From the NCBI RefSeq assembly GCF_021869535.1, contig NW_026262581.1, forward strand, positions 115,382,001 to 115,446,000: a DNA stretch of 64,000 bases, read 5' to 3'. A program made the position numbers and the translations under genes. Position 1 is the first letter of the stretch; the number at the start of each line of letters is the position of its first letter. This stretch comes from Mytilus californianus (taxonomy: Eukaryota). Positions 48,401 to 57,325 of this stretch are shown in pieces. The notes beneath the pieces are model-generated. The model saw only the letters and a list, made by a program, of their open reading frames with translations, searched no databases and was not told where the DNA came from.

Positions 48401-51400
48401 ATCAATATTAATACCAATAAAAACAATATTCAAAGATCTAATTATAGTGTTGAATTGGTAACCTTTTAGAATAAGTTTATTTAAAGAATCGATAAGTTTA
48501 CATAGTTGCTTTTCATAAACTTGGTAAAAGGGATAGTTTTACATTTTTGTCCTCGGAAATTAGCAACAGAATTAGCCAAAAAGATCCTCATTCGCTTAAG
48601 ACATCTTGTTCCAAAATATATTTTTGGAAAGGCTGTAAGTCATATTCAAATATCAGTGTTAAGGTCTTAAAAGAAAATAATTTTGTAGTTTTTGAAAATT
48701 GTTCCATAATTGCAGAAAGCTTTAGTACCAAAATCATGAATTTTACTGACATCAGACAGAATAATATCTTGTGAAAATGGAAATAATGCTTTTAGTAGAT
48801 TAATAATACTTTTTCATTTTAAAAATCAAGTCGCCTTAATACCATCTCAGTACGAGTTCACAAATTAACTACTTAATAGACAGAACATAAACATTACCTC
48901 AGCTCATTGTTTAGCCTGGGTTAGAATATGACAAGGATTCGTATGTATAAAAATTTTTAAATTTGGAATATTTTTCGTCAGGTAGATTTGTTACAAAAAC
49001 GTGTCTAGTAAATATTAGAAAGTTGATTAACAACTTTCGTCATTTTTTCATATTTTTATTTAATTTGAATTAATTTGAAGGTATACCTGTCTGCTGATGG
49101 AGAACAATTTCGATCAAGCAGTGTAATTGGTGCATGTTCCTTGCCCTCCATGTTGACAAAAAGATACAATAGGAAAGATAACACGGAAGAAGAATTAGAA
49201 ACGAAGGTTAAATTATTGTTTCCATTTCAAGGTAATAATGTAATAATCTTCATCTTTTATTAACTTTAGATTAAACGCGAAAAATACTATGTGTGGGAAA
49301 ATAATAAGATGTCAACTCATGTATTTGTTTGTAAAAAAAATGTCTGCTAGCAAATTAAGATGTCAAAACTGCTCATTTGTACAACTAGTAAATTATATCT
49401 AAAATATATATTTGAAGTCTACGCTTATATGTTTATAATATTGGCATTATGTTCGAGTGGCCAAGCTATACAAAGTCGCTTATCTACAGACGACTTTAAT
49501 TGCATTCCGTGCCAAGGTATTCAACTTTTGTGAATATGACTTCGTACGGAAAGATGGTTCGGTCTGCCAGAGTCGATTCAGAATAGTTTTTGCTTGCCCG
49601 ATACTTGGTACAAAAGATCATTATAATAAGTGTCGTACCTTTTTTAACTCCAATATGTTTCGAAACGTAGCAGAAAAAAATAAGAAGAAATACAGCAAGT
49701 TCTTCCTTAACTTTTTTGTAATGGGAAAGACATTAATGACCCTAATAAATTTACATGCATGGTTAAAATCATTTTCACAGGCTAACGTTTTTTGCCAAAT
49801 CCAGTCAACTTAAACATTCAAATCACAGATAATCACATGCAGAATAAACCGACATGTCTTTGTAAAAAAAAACCGGAAAATCTCAAACTCAAATGACACA
49901 TCATAAAATAAGGTAACAGTAGTTTTAAGACAAATTAAGTTATCAAACACAAACTGAGGGAATCGCATGAACTCCAAAAGAAGCGAGACTGGGCCCGGTG
50001 CGTCGACAGGATCCGCATCTCATGCTATGCATGCATCACCCGGTCTGATAATTCAAAATATCACAATCGGGAATAGGACAGAATCGGTAAAATTGCAGGT
50101 CAGACGACATTTTGCGAAAACATGTAGCTAGCAGGTTGAGATGAACCTATTTGTGATGATTTCAGTCGTTTTTCCTTATAACTTGGTTTCTGTAGTTTTT
50201 ATAGCATACTCCTGCTAATGAAGTCCGAACAGTGTAAACATGCAAATCAGTTGAGATGTGTAATTGCCACATGGGACAGAGGTTAAGTAACTGCTGATAA
50301 ATGGGAAGTTGACGATTGGAAAATTGAAATATTATGTTGTCATAGATTCTAGTTTGAGGTCGCCCATCTCTGTCAATATCGAGGAAAAGATCAAGATATG
50401 ACGTTCACTGGGAAATATGAGATACACTCACTTACTAAAACGTGGATTATTGAGTGACAGGTCATCATCAAAATATCTGAATGTGAAATTAAAGAACTTT
50501 GCAAGATGTGTTCTCTTGTTTATTTTTGAGAAGGTTTTATTATTTATTATTTATTTATGCATTTCTCTGTGCTGAGCGTTCTTGCGTTTGTTTGTAATGT
50601 ATTCCTGTCACGTAGTGTTGTCATTTTAGCGATATTTTTTAACATTGCCATATAAGCGGAAGGTTTGGCTAGCCATAAAACCAGGTTCAACCAGTCATTT
50701 TTTCCTAAAATGTCCTGTACCAAGTCAGGAATATGGCAGTTGTTATCAAATAGTCCGTTTCTATGTATGTTGGCCTTGGTTTTTGTTGCAGTTCAGTGTT
50801 TCTGTTGTTCCGTTGTTTTCCTTTTATAGTTGATGTGTTTCCCTCGGTTTTAGTTTGTAACCCGGATTTGTTTTCTCTTAATCGATTTAGGACTTTTGAA
50901 CAGCGGTATACTACTGTTGCCTTTATTTGTATGAATTCTGCTTCATATGAGTGCATAAACAAGTCGGAATTTTTTGGAATCAGTGCAGTTCTTCACAAAG
51001 TAAGATTTTGTCACAATCTACAGGACGAAATTGTATCTACGAACCCCATTTTTGTAGAAAAAATGCTCTGTTTAAAGAGACGAAGTATTCAATTTTTCAT
51101 TTGAACATTGGGAATAATAGTGTACAGCGTAGAAAATCAAAAATGATATTACTGCAAAATTGTAAAGATTGTTACTGAAGATTTTACGGTAGATCTTTAG
51201 AATTTTGAAGAATCCAGATCTGATTGACGCCGCATGTTGAATATAATACCCCATCACAATATTTTAGGAAGCTATCTTTAATTGTCAAAATAACAGCGGT
51301 AAGAACTTTTGAAAGATGTTTAGTCAAACATTTCGACGAGCCGATTATATATCGTTCTTTATAAAGATTTTTGTGAAGTTTAGATATCACGTATTAAAGA

Positions 51401-53808
51401 CGGGAGATCTTCATAAACGAGACAATGTAAAAAGATTCAAATCTAGATACAAAAAACCTAAACATCGGACATTTAAAAGAAAAGCTTTTGCCAATACGAT
51501 CTTCCAAAAAATAGGGACTGATAGTAGCAAATCTTTTTTCAAATCATTGATATATAAATTTCGCTTAAAGTTGGTATGTGCGATTTTTTTCTTCTTTTTT
51601 GATAAAAAATGTATACTCACATTATTCAAGATTCTACTATGGCCCTGGTATTCATATTTGATCTTTATTTACATATTAAGGGATATTGTATCATCTACTT
51701 TATTACTATTTGGTGAATATACCCGAGGAAAAACCTACGCTCCTTTACATGTCCGATTTTAAAAGTGCTCCGTTTTCGTGTGTTTTATTTAAAATGCCGT
51801 TTGTACGAAAATTACCGGTTGTATGGTTAGATGATTTCTTGAATTTGACCTACCGAATTTAGACTTATCACCGGATTTGTACTTACATGAGCAACACTAC
51901 GGATGCCACATGTGGAGCAGGATCTGCTTACCCGTCAGGAGCACCTGAGATCACCACCAGTTTTGGTGGGGTTCGTGTTATTCAGGCTTTAGTTTTCTAT
52001 GTTGAGTTTGGTGTACTGTTGTTTGTCTGTTGGTCTTTTTCTTTTTTAGCCATGGCGTTGTCCGTTTATTTTCAACTATGAGTTTGAATGTCCCTTTGTT
52101 ATCTTGTGCCTCTCTTTTGTATAGTCAGTACAAACACGATGTTAGAAAAGCTATTAAAAGCAATTAGATCATTTTTTCCAAATTTCTAGAGGACTTTGAA
52201 TTGTGCTCTTAAAGTACGATCTCACCACACGATTACATATTTTAGTGAATTTTTTTTTTTTAAAAAGGCAACCTGTATTACCGAACGAAGAACTATTGTT
52301 TCTGAAAAAAGGAAAATAACAGACACAGAAGATAAAAGTGATTATAAGGTTGATATGTGTATTTTAGATTTTGAAGTTACAGATGAAAAAGATGTAATTC
52401 AACAATGGACACTTTATTTAAAAAGAGAAACAGGGAGGTCATTGGAAATAGATATAAAAGAAACACAGCCGGCTGTAGAATTAGAAATGATAAAACCAAA
52501 AACAAGTATAAAGAAAAACAAGGTATTTTCATTTTTCAGATACATATGAGTATTGATAGCTCACTCTTTTGAAAGAGATAGGCTGATGAATAACCTGATA
52601 ATTTACATATAGTTGTCAACATTAATATATTTGTAATTTTAATTTTAATATCTATAAATGAGCACGAATTACAAATAAGGGTTCATCTCTAAACAGATGA
52701 TCTTATACTGCTTGTTATAATGCTTACAGTTAATTTCAAATATTTTTTTTTGGAAATTAGATTACTATTTATTTCATTTATAAACTGTATTTATGTTTTA
52801 CTGGTTTTTTTTCAAAATATAATTTAAGCGTAAAGATATTACTTGGGATATAAAGACCGCTGATAAACATACTAGCTCGAGTACAGAAAGGATACCTTCA
52901 CAATCGAATATTAAACCAGTCAAATGTAGTACAAACGATGCTTATCTACCATTGAGAATAGATAAACCTACAGTTAAACAAAAGTCTACGAAAACAGAGG
53001 ATGTAGCAAAAACTTCAACTGAGCCCACATATGATAATAACATAGGACGTTGTAAAGTAGATGTTGAAATGGATATTCAGAAGGTGGTTGGATCATTTGT
53101 TGCGACTATCTTAGCTACAGCTGTGGCTGCTTATATAGGAGAAGAAAGTGGTAGACGAGGAAAATGGACAACGTACCAGGTAAAGCTATGTTTGCATTAT
53201 AGAAAATTGGTGTAGGTGTGCAAAAAAAGGAGTGATATTTGCGATAACATAAGTATTTTTATTTTAATGATATAAAAAGAAACATTTAGCAAGAATCAAA
53301 ATGAGACATAATAAGATTATCTTTTGTTCCGATGATATATAATGAATATACTTTAGGCTTAAAAAAGTTTAATTATATCGTCATGAAAGAGGTAAGCAGG
53401 CGCTTTTCTTGCTTATTTTAATCATAAATTCTTGTATGTGATTAAAAAAAAACGAGGTTGCTGACATCAGTCAATGTATTTCCAACATTTCTTTTTATTA
53501 ATTTTTGCATTTAATGCATTTTGACACATTTTTTATTCTCAATTTCATTTTCTGTATAATGAATGTTTCTTTTATTATTATCCAAGGCATCAGTTGCATC
53601 AGAAATGGCAGAAGCTATCATGTTTGTTAATTCAAATGACGTCATGGCCGCAGCAAACACAATTATAAACACCGTAGAAAAAGCTGAAAAACCAGACTCT
53701 TCCAATACACGTCAATGTTGTCTAGATGGATCTTTATGTTACTGTGGGCATAACAAAGATCATAAGGAACAGAGTAGTAAATTCAGTTCAATTTGTACAC
53801 TATTGTAA
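33412..53808 (+). CDS. Roc-COR (ROCO-like) protein with degenerate GTPase motifs and C-terminal CaaX; ~15 exons, ~830 aa: join(33412..33440,36019..36185,36990..37036,38739..38861,40401..40525,41072..41123,42002..42196,42987..43226,43555..43740,44891..45073,47108..47278,49081..49231[or 49239],52268..52522,52829..53179,53587..53808)
   Basis: Exons 1-12 chain with consistent phases (2,1,0,0,2,0,0,0,0,0,0) and GT-AG sites, and exons 13-15 chain in phase 0. Roc-like motifs: RLNVFVFGGTFSERQDL, EIWNFSDKKLSQGISQLFINKCAIVIIIVD, QHVIIAN. COR-like motifs: LNHLTAKGIIL...FICVNPQLFLKLV, MERFGLL, FPQGLPPGCLERYI...WRSGILL, WPELNY, VKLLFP. The domain assignment is by eye from family motif spacing. The exon 12/13 junction is unresolved. 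Confidence 0.78.
34818..34925. repeat. 3 x ~34-bp tandem repeat (AGACAACACTA.GCCCCAAAACGAT.AAAAA)
   Basis: Directly visible; lies in a tail-type repeat remnant. Confidence 0.8.
34946..35630 (+). repeat. Identical 118-bp direct repeats (34946-35063 and 35513-35630)
   Basis: Base-by-base comparison shows ACACGACAAAG...CATACTTAA identical in both copies, offset 567. Confidence 0.93.
35064..35512 (-). mobile_element. 5'-truncated L2/Crack-like LINE 3' fragment with (TTAC)n tail
   Basis: The minus strand encodes ...RPNTNSMK*SFTYSSSIFWNKLPNEIKCCEILDTFKQRC..., the typical ORF2 C-terminus. This is followed by a 3' UTR, AATAAA and TTACTTACTTAC. The insert is flanked by identical 118-bp direct repeats. 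Confidence 0.85.
36019..36185 (+). CDS. Roc-COR exon 2 (degenerate P-loop region, RLNVFVFGGTFSERQDLIRVTL...IYTLP)
   Basis: Polypyrimidine tract plus TTCAG; donor GTAAGG; phase 2 to 1. Confidence 0.85.
36990..37036 (+). CDS. Roc-COR exon 3 (VSKIASCEIWNFSDKK; switch II-like)
   Basis: Acceptor ATTTCAG; donor AG|GTATGC; 47 nt. It converts phase 1 to 0 exactly as needed, and WNFSD aligns with the Roc motif WDFAG. Confidence 0.85.
38739..38861 (+). CDS. Roc-COR exon 4 (LSQGISQLFINKCAIVIIIVD...RLWRNFAFK)
   Basis: Acceptor TTTTACAG; donor AG|GTATAT; 123 nt; phase 0 to 0. Confidence 0.85.
39440..39668 (+). mobile_element. Probable 3' portion of another Helentron-type non-autonomous element
   Basis: Ends in the hairpin TGTCTCG-TTTTT-GAC-TCC-GTC-AAGG-CGAGACA followed by an A run; short (GAC)n precedes it. 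Confidence 0.5.
40120..40250 (+). mobile_element. Related tail-type repeat family (copies 37860-37990 +, 43860-44030 +, 49930-50050 -)
   Basis: GGCGGGTGATGCA...GGATACGCTTACCCTGTCGAC...GGAGTTCATGTGATTCCCTCAG is shared between copies. Confidence 0.7.
40401..40525 (+). CDS. Roc-COR exon 5 (GIQHVIIANISS...FKQSQS)
   Basis: Acceptor GTTTATCCAG; donor GTAAGT; phase 0 to 2. Confidence 0.85.
41072..41123 (+). CDS. Roc-COR exon 6 (QVKETPRNYHKLHTAEEK)
   Basis: Acceptor GATTTTAG; donor AG|GTAGGT; 52 nt; phase 2 to 0, bridging exons 5 and 7. Confidence 0.75.
42002..42196 (+). CDS. Roc-COR exon 7 (GFLTILTTLLKEEKDK...TLNHLTAK)
   Basis: Acceptor CTTTTACAG; donor AG|GTAATT; 195 nt. Confidence 0.88.
42520..42750 (+). 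mobile_element. Non-coding Penelope-associated tail repeat (other copies 51850-52120, 56485-56725)
   Basis: GGAGCAGGAT.TGCTTACCC.T..GGAGCAC.TGAGATCACC...GGGGTTCGT.TTGCTCAGTCTTTAGTTT is conserved between copies. Confidence 0.75.
42987..43226 (+). CDS. Roc-COR exon 8 (GIILSHG...FICVNPQLFLKLV...LLPLLWQ; COR-A-like)
   Basis: Acceptor CATTTTAG; donor AG|GTAGTT; 240 nt open. Confidence 0.88.
43555..43740 (+). CDS. Roc-COR exon 9 (DLLSNKEQ...MERFGLLMP...DLKP)
   Basis: Acceptor TATTTACAG; donor GTAACT; 186 nt. Confidence 0.87.
44045..44650 (+). mobile_element. Penelope-like RT C-terminus plus 3' tail
   Basis: GACAAAAGAGATTATTACAATTTT...CCTGCATATGGA...GATACGATATTCAAGGGCTTG corresponds to DKRD..F..VN.PFL.SN.P.APAYG...IRYSRAC. 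It is followed by the same tail. Confidence 0.8.
44891..45073 (+). CDS. Roc-COR exon 10 (SLNWYE...FPQGLPPGCLERYIG...WRSGILLRIND; COR-B-like)
   Basis: Acceptor CATTTTACAG; donor GTAAGT; 183 nt. Confidence 0.9.
45930..45965 (+). ncRNA. Degenerate hammerhead-like repeat, second family (related copies 16135-16160 +, 24943-24988 -, ~61045-61095 +)
   Basis: AGCGTAC-CTGATGA-AGGAAAAGCTCTTC-GGACGC: the stem I arms GCGT../..ACGC flank an intact CUGAUGA, but stem II or GAAA is damaged in every copy. Confidence 0.5.
46645..46697 (-). ncRNA. Degenerate type I hammerhead ribozyme (retrozyme/Penelope-associated fossil)
   Basis: The minus strand reads GAGCTTCA-CTAATGA-GTATTTTATAGAC-GAAA-CGCGCG-TG-TGACGT. 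The core layout matches CUGAnGA...GAAA with a palindromic ACGCGCGT stem III, but the core has G>A and the cleavage triplet is GUG. Confidence 0.7.
47108..47278 (+). CDS. Roc-COR exon 11 (VYIYIS...VSIWPELNYQ)
   Basis: Acceptor CTTTCAG; donor AG|GTAACA; 171 nt. Confidence 0.88.
47640..48480 (+). mobile_element. Abundant unclassified non-autonomous interspersed repeat, family A (longest copy)
   Basis: Begins ATAAGAAGATGTGGTATGATTG.CAATGAGACAACT...; includes GGCTCCTGACTTGGGACAGGCACA...CCTGGGACAGTGGTGTAACA. Other copies: 2020-2345(-), 3751-4540(+), 9620-10250(+), 23800-24000(+), 33775-33975(-), 39085-39390(+), 46740-47000(+), 50630-50930(-), 58340-58970(+). Confidence 0.88.
49081..49231 (+). CDS. 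Roc-COR exon 12 (VYLSADG...KVKLLFPFQ)
   Basis: Acceptor AATTTGAAG. The donor AG|GTAATA at 49232 is phase 1; an alternative AT|GTAATA at 49240 is phase 0. Confidence 0.8.
50150..51620 (-). mobile_element. Penelope-like RT, larger decayed fragment interrupted by another repeat
   Basis: Encodes SKLHKNLYKERYIIGSSKC.TKHLSKVLT...CGVNQIWILQNSKDL (51390-51190) and FNFTFRYFDDDLSLNNPRF...LDID.DG..QT.IYD (50500-50330). Confidence 0.82.
52268..52522 (+). CDS. Roc-COR gene exon 13 (ATCITERR...SIKKNK)
   Basis: Long poly-T tract plus AAAAAG acceptor; donor AG|GTATTT; 255 nt open. Confidence 0.72.
52829..53179 (+). CDS. Roc-COR gene exon 14 (RKDITWD...VVGSFVATILATAVAAYIG...WTTYQ)
   Basis: Acceptor AATTTAAG; donor AG|GTAAAG; 351 nt open in AT-rich DNA. 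Confidence 0.8.
53587..53808 (+). CDS. Roc-COR gene terminal exon 15 (ASVASEMAE...RQCCLDGSLCYCGH...FSSICTLL*)
   Basis: Acceptor TTATTATCCAAG; phase 0; stop TAA; ends in CTLL (CaaX). Confidence 0.8.
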   Translation, partial: ASVASEMAEAIMFVNSNDVMAAANTIINTVEKAEKPDSSNTRQCCLDGSLCYCGHNKDHKEQSSKFSSICTLL

Positions 53809-54869
53809 ATTAGATTACATTATATAAATGATTTGTTTGAACAAACATTTCAGCGACAGAAGCCGATTTTCACATGCCTATCTTATGTAAATAATTGCAA
53901 TATACGACACACAGAACATTGCTTTTGTTGCCGGAAAGTCATTTTTTGTCATAGTGTGAATCAAAAGTAAAGTCTCATAATGTACTATTTGCCACAAAGA
54001 CCAAGAGTTAATAATATAAATATTGTCTACTCTACTTCAACTTCGTTTAAGTTTAGACTTTTAGTATATTAAAATGTATTTTTCTGGTATACTAGTATAA
54101 CATAATTGTTTTTATCAAGTTATGAATAGTTTTATGCAATTTCAATACTGTCTTGATGTATATAAATATTGAATAAAGAAAAATGCACTGGTTGTTTGAA
54201 CCTGATAAAATGTCCAACCAGTATATCATCATGCCAATTCTGTGAGATAAAAGTTGTTAACCGACAAAAAAGACCCAATGATTGAACATTCAGAACGACG
54301 TAAAGAATGAGACCAGGGCCCGTATGCACAAAGCTACTTAAGTTAAGATTTGTTCCAAACGGACGGATTTTTCTACATGTCCAACGATAAATTAGTATTA
54401 CGATTGGATATCTTAACTTAAATAGCTTTATGCTGGTTACACGTAAGACCTCTTCTGTTCTTTTTTAAATCAAAGTCATTGTTACAGGACGGTATACGAA
54501 ATTGACGAACGGAACTTTATGTGTGCTCATACTTAGTCTCATTGTGCAGATTTTCATGCGAAACCGTCTTTTAAAGGTCCGTCATGTAGAGAAACATTGC
54601 TTAACAATAAAAATATTATTTCTTTTGTGATGACGGCGAATAGATGTTTTCATCTTGCTGGTTTGTAACTATACTTCTAAAAGTTATTTTGAAACAACAG
54701 CTTAACATGAGAGTGAAAACAATCGAAATTGAAACTACATACACGTGCGTTGCCTGGATAAGCCTCGCATCACATTTCATAAGGTTTTAAAGTACATACA
54801 GAAGCAAATAAGATTACCGCTAGTACGAATGAAGTTGGATGTATTCTAATTTATGTCGCTTTCATGTTT

Positions 54870-55345
54870 CAAATTGAGAATGGAAATGGGGAATGTATAT
54901 GTGTCAAAGAGACAACAACCCAACCAAAGAGCATAAAACAGCCCAAGGCCACCAATGGGTCTTCGAGAAAATCCCGCACCCGGAGGCGGGCTTCAGCTGG
55001 CCCCTAAACAAAAATGTGTACTAGTTCAGTGAAAATGGACGTCACACTAAACTCTGAAACATATAAATGAACTAAAATAAAAAAAAAAAAAACAAGACTA
55101 ACAAAGACCAGAGGCTTCTGAATTGGGACAGGCGCAAAAATGCGGCGGGGTTAAACATGTTTTGTGAGATCTCTACCCTCCCCCTATACCTCTAGCCAAT
55201 GTAGAATAAACAAACACACAGCAGTACGCACAGTAAAACTCAGTTTAAAAGAAGTGTGAGTCCGATGTCAGAAAAGGTAACAGAAGAAATTAAGCAAAAT
55301 GACAATGATACATAAATTAACAAAGGACTACTAGCAGTTACTGAC
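54870..55345 (+). mobile_element. Interspersed repeat family B (other copies 1250-1505 -, 4345-4420 -)
   Basis: AATTGAGAATGGAAATGGGGAATG...GTCAAAGAGACAACAACC...GAGAAAATCCCGCA.CCGGAGGCGGGCT is shared with the reverse complement of 1370-1500. Confidence 0.82.
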
Positions 55346-55369
55346 ATGCCTGCTCCCGTTTGTTTGGAC

Positions 55370-55760
55370 CTGCCACGTTCTGAGCCTATTTTCCAATCTT
55401 TCAAGGTGCATATGTCTTGAATGGTGAAAGTGAAAGCAGTCAAAATCAAACTTGATCTCCATTTCTTCATCAGTAGCAACATATAAAAATATGAAAGAAA
55501 TTGGCTGAGCAGTTCACAGGTCATCTCAGTACCAGTCTCTTAAAAACGAGACCATTTCAATTTTGAAATTATAAATTTGTCTCATCTTAGCAGCAGTACA
55601 CCAACTTCAACCGTGAATGGAGTATACATTTCTATACTCAAACGATATTCAAGAGTTTACAGCTGCTACTCCGACTTTGTAAAACGTCTTCGGTGTTTGA
55701 GCAAAGATTGATGAGCCAGGGTTTAGTCAAATAATGTCTCTTCCCTTTTCTCAAACAGTT
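55370..55760 (+). mobile_element. Penelope-like RT C-terminal fragment
   Basis: Encodes KRDHFNFEIINLSHLSSSTPTSTVNGVYISILKRYSRVYSCYSDFVKR. Confidence 0.7.
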
Positions 55761-56859
55761 TATCGGTAAGTACCTAATAGATAAATAGTCAGTATCAACT
55801 TTACAAATAATACAGGATGGTTTTGAGTTGTAGATTCTAGCTGCTGACGTTGTGCGTCGTTTTATTTATTTTACATTTTCCCTTAATTTGTCCTTATACA
55901 AGTATGTTCCTTTTGGTCGTATGACTGTTGACGTGGTCGGTAATTGTACATCCAGCTTTCGGGTTTTGGCTTTGGGCACTTCTTATGTGGGTTGGTCCAG
56001 GGGTGTAATTCGATCACAAGAGGTTATCATAGTTTTGTAGAACTTGACCTCCATTTTGCCATTAATAACAACATAATAAAATTTGAAAGGCATTGGTTGA
56101 AAGGTTAATAGTTATTCCACGAAAACTGTTGGCAGAAACCTACCCGTCCGCTGTTATTCACTATTTCAATAACCGGATTTTTTCTTCGGAAACACCGGTA
56201 AAAAGGCAACTATGCCAAACAACAAACAATGACCACCTTTGGAATACATGCTTCTAGCTTTGAGCAGACACATAAAGCACGTGGCGAAAATAAACATTTT
56301 ATTGAACGCTCAAGGCTCCTCTCAACATAACACAGTAGTGTAACACAAACTAAAACAAATATAATTAAAAAAAAAGACTTATCTGATGATAAATCATTTG
56401 GTCTCTAGTTGGAAGTTGTCCACTATTGCGTGATGCCTAATCACTTGATATCAACATATCTTATAGGAGCAAAATAAAACGAAGGGTGTCACATTTGGAG
56501 CAGGATATGATTATCTTTCGGGAGCACATGAGATTACCCCCGTTTGTTGGTGGGGTTCGTGTTGCTCAGTCTTTAGTTTTCTATGTTGTGTTTTGTGTTT
56601 TGTATACTGTTATTTGTCTATTTATCGTTTTTCGTTTGATTTTTTGCCATGGCATTGTCATTTTGTTTTCGACTTATGAGTCTGAATATCCTTTTGGTAT
56701 CTTTCGCCTCTCTTTTGTCTCTTTGGCAATCATAAACAATCTTCTTGTGTTTATGCTGACTCATCAGATCGTTACTTAGCGTAAAGAAAACTAACACAAT
56801 TACATGACAAATTGTTGCAGATAGCAAGTTGAAAGTTGAATCGTTCATGTTTTTTCCAG

Positions 56860-57325
56860 ACAAAAAAATATCAAACAGAACACCTCCAACGGATTTAGTT
56901 TAAAAACGCCACGAGCAGCCTGGAAAAGCACGACCTTGTGCAATGTCAAAATATACAAGTATCGACAGGATGTAAGACAATATAGTTGAAAGCTCAATTA
57001 TAACTAATTAATCCACCATGTTTTTTTTTCAGACCAGAAACAATATCAATCCGTCCACTTCAAACGGATTTAGTTTGAAAAACGCCATGGGTAGCCTGGA
57101 AAAAGCACGACCATGAGCAATGTAATAATATAAGTATCGACAGGAGACAAGACCATATGATTGAAAGCTCAATTGTAACTAATAAATCGATCGTGTGTTT
57201 TTCCAGACCAAAACAAATATCAATCAGTTCACCTCCAACGGATTTAGTTTTAAAAAACGCCATAAGCAGCCTGTAAAAAGTACGACCTTGTGCAATGTCA
57301 AAATATAAGTGTCGACAGGATGTAA
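56860..57325. repeat. ~175-bp tandem repeat, about 2.6 copies
   Basis: ACGGATTTAGTTT recurs at ~56889, 57064 and 57238; the unit is homologous to the distal part of family A (48215-48340). Confidence 0.85.
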
